DNA from: a virus
Taxonomy: Duplodnaviria; Caudoviricetes
Direction: 5' to 3' (one strand)
IMG/VR virus record: IMGVR_UViG_3300028585_000053
Coordinates: 1 to 31,657 of that record
Length of the DNA: 31,657 nt
Shown: positions 25,441 through 31,657 of the stretch, in pieces
Layout of the letters: each line of letters opens with the position of its first letter
Numbering within the stretch: position 1 is the stretch's first letter
Translations under genes and position numbers: made by a program
Notes under the pieces: model-generated
What the model saw: only the letters and a program-made list of their open reading frames with translations
The model's database searches: none
Told to the model about the DNA's origin: nothing

Positions 25441-25802
25441 CCGAGGTCGTGCGCCTGCTGGCGCGCGGCCAAATTGAGTTTGGAAATGATGAGCCGGAAG
25501 AAGTTGAAAGTTTGAACGATGGGTTAGCCGCTTTCGGGTTGCTGCCCGAAGGTGGCATGGTTCTTGAGCAGGAAGAGTATTGGCTGTGGCCGGAGAACGA
25601 TGAAGCCTTCGGCATGTGGCTCGCGATCCAGACGCAGTGGAACGCGGGCATGGCCGGGGCAACTGGCTTGAATTATCCAGGTGTCGAAGTCTGTTTGCGG
25701 ATGCGCGGCCTGAAGAAGAAAAGCCGCCGCCACATGTTCCGCCTCATCCAGATGATGGAACGCGCTTGCCTTGAAGAGTGGGCCGAAAAACGGAAAAGCT
25801 AA
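25437..25802 (+). CDS. gpT-like (DUF1799-like) C-terminal part of the frameshifted G-T chaperone
   Basis: WPEN, TQW..G..G.TGLNY and ME..CL motifs; open in the -1 frame from the slippery site. Confidence 0.82.
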   Translation, partial: LTEVVRLLARGQIEFGNDEPEEVESLNDGLAAFGLLPEGGMVLEQEEYWLWPENDEAFGMWLAIQTQWNAGMAGATGLNYPGVEVCLRMRGLKKKSRRHMFRLIQMMERACLEEWAEKRKS

Positions 25803-25814
25803 GGGAGCAAGAAT

Positions 25815-28800
25815 ATGGCATTACCGCGCGCACTAATTGAAATGGTGGTTGATGGTGCGGCAGAAAGTCGCCGTCGTATCGAGACAGTCGGCGATGCCCT
25901 GAGGCGAATGAACAACGAGTCGCTGCAGCGCATTTCGAGCCAGATCGGCGACGTCACTGATCGCTACTCGAACCTTCAATCGACCATCGGCGGCATTGCG
26001 GGATTCGCCATTGCTGGGGTTTCGCTGGCTACGCTCGGGTCCAAGATCGGCGACGTGCTCGGTTCCATGGGCGAGCTGGACGATCTGTCACAGAAAATCG
26101 GCAGCAGTGTCGAGAGCCTGTCCAAAATTCAAAAAGTGACAAAAGCGTTTGGCGTTGACTTTGCTGGCAGTGTAGATCCTGCCTTGGTGAAGTTGGCGAA
26201 GGGCCTGACCACCGTCGATGATAAATCTAGCAAGACAGCGAAAGCGTTGGCGGCGCTTGGCGTGTCGGCCAACACAATGAGTGACCCGAGCGAGGTGCTG
26301 ATTGAAGTCGCGAAGAACCTCCAGCGGTACGAGGATGGCGCAGCCAAGGCTGCGGTGGTGTCTGACCTGTTCGGTAAGTCCGCTGCAGATTTGCTGCCGT
26401 TCTTTAATGACCTGGCTGAAACCGTTGATGACTTTTCTACTGTGTCGGCTGATGCAGTCGGGCAGGCCGCTGCGCTGCAAGACAAGTTCGGCATGCTGGG
26501 TGTTCGTACTGACGAGATATTCACTGCCATTACGGTCGCAGCTTTGCCTGCATTTTCTAATCTTACAGACGGCTTTTCCGATGTCTTGAAAGCGGAAGAT
26601 GGCCTTGTTGATAGCGGTGAAATAGCCGGCTGGGCTGACGATCTTGGCCTTGGATTTTCAAGAGTTGCGGATGTTGCCGTGCTGTTGCCGCGCATCTTCT
26701 CTGCCGTTTCTAGCAGCTTCAAAGTTGTTGCTGCTGACGTCTCTTTGATATGGGCTGCAACCCCAGCGAACATGGCGGTTAAGTATGCACGAGGTGGATC
26801 TCCTCTCGAGGACTTGAAGCGTGCTGCCGCCGAGAGAAACGGCATTCTCGAAGAAGCCAATAAAAAATATGATGATCTGTGGAACAAGCCTGCCGATCAA
26901 TTCGAGCAGGCATACATTAGGCGACGCCGCGGCAGTGATGCAGCTGCGGTAGGAACGCCGGCTTCCGGCAAGGGCCAACTCAATTATTCGTCCAGCGGCG
27001 ATGATAGCGCGAACGATGCGAAGCGCACTGCCGATGCCTACAGCAACTTGACGGCCGCCATCCAGGCAAAGATCACCGCATCCAAACTTGAGCTCGGCAC
27101 CGGCGTAGCGTTGGAGCCGAGTCAACAAGAGCAGCTCAAGCTGACCGAGCAGCTGGCCGGCCTCAAGGGTAAGCTGACGCCGATCCAGCAAGCGAACGCT
27201 GAAAGCATGATCAAGGAGCACGTCACCCTGCTCGAAGTGATTGAGTCGAACAAGCGTGCCGCCGAAGGCCTGGAATCGTACAACAAGGTCCGCGCCCAAT
27301 ACGAGACCAGCGCCGCCAAGGTCATCGAAGATGCAATGACGGAAGCGACCCGGAACGAGCAGCTCGCGCTCACCTATGGAAAGACGCGTGGTGCGATCGA
27401 GGCGGAGGAGCTGGCTCGGCTAGAAAACCAGCTGGCGCAGCGTGCGTCTACCGGACTCACGCTCGATGAGATCACCAACCTGGAAAAGCTGATCGCCGCG
27501 AAGAAGCGCAACGCGACTGCGCTCGGCCAGATCGACACGATGGAAGCCGGCAAGAAGGCAGCTGAAAGCCTGGACGAATTCCTCGATCCGGCCAAGGCGC
27601 AGTCGTTCGGCGAGGCCCTGCGTGAATCGTTGGGCGGTGCCGGCACCGCGCTTTCCGCATTGTCGGCGACGTTCGACGGCTTTACCAAGCGTCAGGCCGA
27701 GTTCGACAAGCAACGCGAAAATGCCAAGCTCGCGCTTAACTCCGGCCAAAAGACCGAGATGCAGTACATGCAGGACATGGCGCGCCTGAGCGAGACGGAA
27801 ACCAAGAACCGCCTGTCCGGTTATGGCGACATGGCAGGTGCCGCAGCCGGTTTCTTCGGCGAGCAGAGCCGTGGTTACCAGACGCTGATGACCGTGTCGA
27901 AAGTGTTCCACGCAGCCGAGCTGGCCATGACGCTGGCCGAGTTGGTGCCGAAGGGTATCAGCGCGGTGTTGAGTCAGGGCTCGGGCGACCCGTACACGGC
28001 CTTCGGACGCATGGCAGCAATGGCTGCGATTGTCGCCGGCCTGGGCGTTGCCATCGGTAGCGTGTCGGGCAGCAGTGTGAGCGTATCGGAGGCGCGCCAG
28101 AAGAAGCAGGGCACCGGTTCCGTGCTCGGGTCCGATGAGAAATCGGATTCGATCGCCAACTCGCTGTCGCTGATCGAGAGCTCGACTTCGAAGAGCTTGA
28201 ACATCAGCAACGGCATGCTGACCTCGCTGCGCAACATCGAGGCCGGTATCGGGCAATTCGCCTCGCTACTGGTGCGCACCACTGGCGTGTCGGGTGAGTT
28301 CGGATCGGAGTTCGCAACCAAGGGCAGCGCTGCCAAGTTCGGCCAGTCCACAGTGGGCGTCCTTGCTACGGGTGGCATCATTGGCCTGGCACTAGACAAG
28401 CTGACCGGCGGCTGGGTCGGCAAGATCACTGGGTCAGTGATGAACTCGATTTTCGGCGGCAAGCAAACCGTCGAAGATACCGGCTTCACGATGGGGCGCG
28501 CCAACTTCGGCAGCATCCTCACCGGGGGTGTGGCGGCGTCGCAATACGCGGACATCAAAAAGGACGGCGGCTGGTTCAGCAGCGATAAGCGCCGCACGCA
28601 GCTGGAAGGAATCGGCACCGAAGGCAATCGCCAAATCGGCACCATTCTGACGTCGCTGTACGACACGGTGTTCGAGGCCGGCAAGTTACTCGGGATCAGT
28701 GGCGACGCCTTTTCGACGCAGCTGAACAGCTTCGTTGTCGACATCGGCAAGATCAGCCTGAAGGACAAGACCGGTGAGCAGATCCAGGAGGAGTTGTCTG

Positions 28801-30047
28801 CCGTCTTCTCGAAGGTCGGTGACGACCTGGCAAGCTTCGGCGTGGCCGGCATCACCCAGTTCCAGAAAGTGGGCGAGGGCGCGCTGGAGACGCTGGCACG
28901 CGTGGCGACGAATTACGCCAGCCTTGATGCGGTGCTGGGCAGCCTCGGCAAAACGTTTGGCGCCACCGGCATTGCCAGTATCGCTGCGCGGGAAGACCTG
29001 CTGACGATGGTTGGCGGGATCGATGAGCTGGCCAGCAAGACGTCGTCCTTCGCCGAAAACTTCTTGACCGAGGCGGAGCGCCTGGCGCCGGTGCAAAAGT
29101 ACGTGACCGAGCAGCTGGCCCTGATGGGCAAGTCAGACCTGCGCTCGCGTGATTCGTTCAAGCAGTACGTGTTGGGCCTGGACCTGACCAATGCTGCTCA
29201 GCGCGCGCAGTACAGCGCACTGATGAATCTGCAGGAAGAGTTTGCGCAGCTCTACCCGGAAATCGAAAACGGCACGAAGTCGATCGCGGATGCGAAAACG
29301 GCCCTGGCCGACGCCTACAACGCCGAGAACGACGCGATCAGTTCGACGATCGACCGGCTCACGTCGTTCGCCTCGAGCCTGAAGAACATTCGCGAGAGTG
29401 CGCTTTTGGGAGGCCTGTCGCCACTGTCGCCGCAGCAGAAATACGTTGAGGCGAAGGCGCAGTATGAAGCGGTGCTGGCGGCTGCGCGCGGCGGCGATGC
29501 AGATGCGCAGTCGAACTATCAGGCTGCCTTCAACTCGTTCCTGACTGCGAGCCGCGCGGTGTTCGCGAGCAGCGGCCAGTACCAATACGATTTCGACTAC
29601 GCGCAGGCTTCGACGGCTGAGGCAGAGCGTTGGGCGAATGCACAGGTCGATGTCGGCAAGGCGCAGCTGGACGTGCTGAAGCTGTCGGTGTCCGGGCTGA
29701 TCGACATCAACAAGTCGGTGCTGTCGGTGCGCGATGCGATCGCGCAGCACTACGTGGCGGAGGGCAAGACACCTCCGGATCTGGCGCCGGCTGCGCCGGT
29801 GATTTCCATGCCGACGCCGGTGATGTACGCCAGCTATGGGGCGGACAACACCACTGCGCTGGTGGCCGAGGTCAAGAGGCTGAACGGGCTTGTTGAGAAA
29901 CTCACCGCCGATCAGAACAAGCAAACCGGCGACATGATCAAAGCGAGCGCGGCAGCAGCCAAAGAGTCAGCTGAATTCATCGCTAATGCAGCCGCCGGCG
30001 CGGTGAAGTCGGCCGCCTATTCAGAACAAAGGGTACACCCGCAATGA
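25815..30047 (+). CDS. Tail tape measure protein (1410 aa)
   Basis: Long Ala/Gly-rich helical protein after the G/T chaperones; AGGGAG SD. Confidence 0.92.
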   Translation: MALPRALIEMVVDGAAESRRRIETVGDALRRMNNESLQRISSQIGDVTDRYSNLQSTIGGIAGFAIAGVSLATLGSKIGDVLGSMGELDDLSQKIGSSVESLSKIQKVTKAFGVDFAGSVDPALVKLAKGLTTVDDKSSKTAKALAALGVSANTMSDPSEVLIEVAKNLQRYEDGAAKAAVVSDLFGKSAADLLPFFNDLAETVDDFSTVSADAVGQAAALQDKFGMLGVRTDEIFTAITVAALPAFSNLTDGFSDVLKAEDGLVDSGEIAGWADDLGLGFSRVADVAVLLPRIFSAVSSSFKVVAADVSLIWAATPANMAVKYARGGSPLEDLKRAAAERNGILEEANKKYDDLWNKPADQFEQAYIRRRRGSDAAAVGTPASGKGQLNYSSSGDDSANDAKRTADAYSNLTAAIQAKITASKLELGTGVALEPSQQEQLKLTEQLAGLKGKLTPIQQANAESMIKEHVTLLEVIESNKRAAEGLESYNKVRAQYETSAAKVIEDAMTEATRNEQLALTYGKTRGAIEAEELARLENQLAQRASTGLTLDEITNLEKLIAAKKRNATALGQIDTMEAGKKAAESLDEFLDPAKAQSFGEALRESLGGAGTALSALSATFDGFTKRQAEFDKQRENAKLALNSGQKTEMQYMQDMARLSETETKNRLSGYGDMAGAAAGFFGEQSRGYQTLMTVSKVFHAAELAMTLAELVPKGISAVLSQGSGDPYTAFGRMAAMAAIVAGLGVAIGSVSGSSVSVSEARQKKQGTGSVLGSDEKSDSIANSLSLIESSTSKSLNISNGMLTSLRNIEAGIGQFASLLVRTTGVSGEFGSEFATKGSAAKFGQSTVGVLATGGIIGLALDKLTGGWVGKITGSVMNSIFGGKQTVEDTGFTMGRANFGSILTGGVAASQYADIKKDGGWFSSDKRRTQLEGIGTEGNRQIGTILTSLYDTVFEAGKLLGISGDAFSTQLNSFVVDIGKISLKDKTGEQIQEELSAVFSKVGDDLASFGVAGITQFQKVGEGALETLARVATNYASLDAVLGSLGKTFGATGIASIAAREDLLTMVGGIDELASKTSSFAENFLTEAERLAPVQKYVTEQLALMGKSDLRSRDSFKQYVLGLDLTNAAQRAQYSALMNLQEEFAQLYPEIENGTKSIADAKTALADAYNAENDAISSTIDRLTSFASSLKNIRESALLGGLSPLSPQQKYVEAKAQYEAVLAAARGGDADAQSNYQAAFNSFLTASRAVFASSGQYQYDFDYAQASTAEAERWANAQVDVGKAQLDVLKLSVSGLIDINKSVLSVRDAIAQHYVAEGKTPPDLAPAAPVISMPTPVMYASYGADNTTALVAEVKRLNGLVEKLTADQNKQTGDMIKASAAAAKESAEFIANAAAGAVKSAAYSEQRVHPQ

Positions 30048-31519
30048 ATGATGCTCAGTTCCTGGCCTGGCTGCAAAGCTCGGCCGCTTATCGTGTCGTC
30101 CTGATCGAGGCGACGGCGCTGGTGAATGGCGTGGAAACCATGGTCTACATGGCGACCAAGCCCTACACCACGTCGCCGTCAGACATTCCGGCCAACACGC
30201 AATATCTTCCGATCGCCACCGTCGGCGCGCTGTTCACCGAACGGCTGTCGCTGGAGGGGGATGGCGCGCTGTCCGCTGGCGATCTTGAAATCGAGAACGT
30301 CGGCGGCGCGCGCGATGATTGGGCAGGCCCCGGCTTCGTTTGGGCAAACCGTCCGATCCGTGCCTACATCGGTGACCTGCGGTGGCCGCGCGCCGATTTC
30401 CAGATGATCTTCAATGGGATCATCGCCGATATCGCGCCGCGCGGACGCCAGGCGCTGGTGCTCAAGCTGCGCGACAAGCTGCAGCGCCTGAACACGGCGA
30501 TCAGCGAAGCGAAGCTGGGCGGGCAGGGGGAGCAGCGGGATTCGCTGCTGCCGATCGCGCTGGGCCAGGTGTTCAACGTGTCGCCGCTGCTGGCGAACGC
30601 CGCGATCCTCAAGTACCAGGTGCACGCCGGGCCGATCGCCCAGATCATCGAGGTCCGTGACAACGGCGCACCGGTGGCGTTCACCGCCGATCTGGCGGCC
30701 GGCACCTTCCAGCTGAGCGCCGCGCCGGCTGGCGTGGTGACCGCATCGGTGCGCGGCCATGCCGCCGGCGGCTACGTCGACACCGCGGCGCAGCTGGTCA
30801 AGCGGCTGGCGACAGGCTATGGCAAACCGGCGGACCGGCTCACCGATGCCGACATCGACCTGGCGAACTTCGCGGCATTCGACGCCGCGCACCCGCAGCC
30901 GATGGGACTGCATTCGACCGATCGGCAAAACGTGCTTGTGGCATGCCAGGCCCTACTCGGCAGCCTGGGTGCTCAGCTCGTGATGTCGCGCCTGGGCGTC
31001 GCGCGATTGATCCAGGTCGCTCTGCCGGGAACTGGCGCGCCGGCGGTGATCCGGCCCGAGCACATGGTGAGCGAACTGGACCCCACCGGGCGCACCGACG
31101 TGCTCGGCGCGGTGAAGCTCGGCTTCGCGAAAAGCTGGACCGCGCAGGATGCCGGCACGCTGGCCAACCTGCCCGAGGTGCACAAGGCGCTCTTCGTGGA
31201 AGAGTGGTTGACCACCACCAGGACCGACGCGGCGACGCTGGCGACTTACCGGCTCAACGCCGAGCCGGTGCAGGTCGACACCATGCTGATCACCCGCGCC
31301 GACGCCGACGCCGAGGCGCAGCGCCGGCTCGACCTGTGGAAGATGCCGCGCACGACCTACGAGTTCGAAGGCGTGCCGGAACTGCTGCAGCTCGAGTTGG
31401 GCCAGGCGGTCACCGTCTACAGCCCGCGCTTCGGCATGGCCGGCGGCGGCGCCGGCATCGTTATTTCATTGGCGCCCGACTGGAACACCGGGCGCGTCAA
31501 AGTAGGGTTTCTCGTATGA
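30044..31519 (+). CDS. Tail tip / hub-region structural protein
   Basis: ATGA-coupled directly after the tape measure; PIALGQVFNVSP motif. Confidence 0.7.
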   Translation: MNDAQFLAWLQSSAAYRVVLIEATALVNGVETMVYMATKPYTTSPSDIPANTQYLPIATVGALFTERLSLEGDGALSAGDLEIENVGGARDDWAGPGFVWANRPIRAYIGDLRWPRADFQMIFNGIIADIAPRGRQALVLKLRDKLQRLNTAISEAKLGGQGEQRDSLLPIALGQVFNVSPLLANAAILKYQVHAGPIAQIIEVRDNGAPVAFTADLAAGTFQLSAAPAGVVTASVRGHAAGGYVDTAAQLVKRLATGYGKPADRLTDADIDLANFAAFDAAHPQPMGLHSTDRQNVLVACQALLGSLGAQLVMSRLGVARLIQVALPGTGAPAVIRPEHMVSELDPTGRTDVLGAVKLGFAKSWTAQDAGTLANLPEVHKALFVEEWLTTTRTDAATLATYRLNAEPVQVDTMLITRADADAEAQRRLDLWKMPRTTYEFEGVPELLQLELGQAVTVYSPRFGMAGGGAGIVISLAPDWNTGRVKVGFLV

Positions 31520-31657
31520 GCGAAGTGCTAAACGACCGTGACGCCATCCTGCAGGCCGCCGCGGTCCGGATCGTCAACCCGAAGAACGCATCGATCCTGC
31601 TGAACGCGGTGCCGGCGATGTTCCACCTTAACGCCGCCGGCGCGCCGGACGTTCCGG
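31516..31657 (+). CDS. Partial CDS, probable tail protein (truncated by window end)
   Basis: ATGA overlap; MSEVLNDRDAILQAAAVRIVNP... open to the end. Confidence 0.65.
   Translation, partial: MSEVLNDRDAILQAAAVRIVNPKNASILLNAVPAMFHLNAAGAPDVP

Larger units (their letters stand above)
106..31657. mobile_element. Lambda-like temperate siphovirus prophage (left portion; continues beyond window)
   Basis: tRNA-3'-end att core at the left, followed by immunity, replication, packaging, head and tail modules in canonical order. Confidence 0.96.

Noticed and set aside
20521-25662. Long minus-strand ORFs (779 aa and 576 aa)
   Set aside because: Antisense shadows of capsid and tail genes
1-31657. Diversity-generating retroelement, retron or invertible cassette
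   Set aside because: No reverse transcriptase, recombinase or TR/VR pair seen in this window; the tail-fibre region lies beyond it

Overview
The window holds the left ~31.5 kb of a GC-rich, lambda-like temperate siphovirus prophage, probably from a betaproteobacterial host (a weak impression only). It is integrated at the 3' end of a tRNA: the att core is at 106-127 and the host terminator lies just outside it. Gene order from the left: att; a lower-GC accessory SDH-family Clp-fold serine protease gene with a hidden 56-aa ORF nested in its 3' end; a leftward early operon (excisionase-like, YfdP/YfdQ(DUF2303)-like, ParB-like and small ORFs); an immunity region with five 14-bp operators, cI plus a secreted Cys-containing protein, and cro/cII-like genes; a Toprim primase-helicase followed by an iteron/inverted-repeat putative origin; a gpZ-like gene; a putative cos; terminase; a Mor/C-type activator; gpW; portal; a 1020-aa SGNH-esterase/FN3/repeat protein inserted in the head module; a protease-capsid fusion; connector genes; tail tube; G/GT frameshift chaperones; tape measure; and tail-tip genes running off the right end. 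No integrase, Q antiterminator or lysis gene is visible here. The most unusual items are the esterase-bearing protein in the head operon, the protease with its nested peptide ORF, a duplicated 26-bp palindromic late-promoter element with apparently leaderless transcripts, and the structured origin. All family assignments come from motifs and synteny read by eye; no database search was run.
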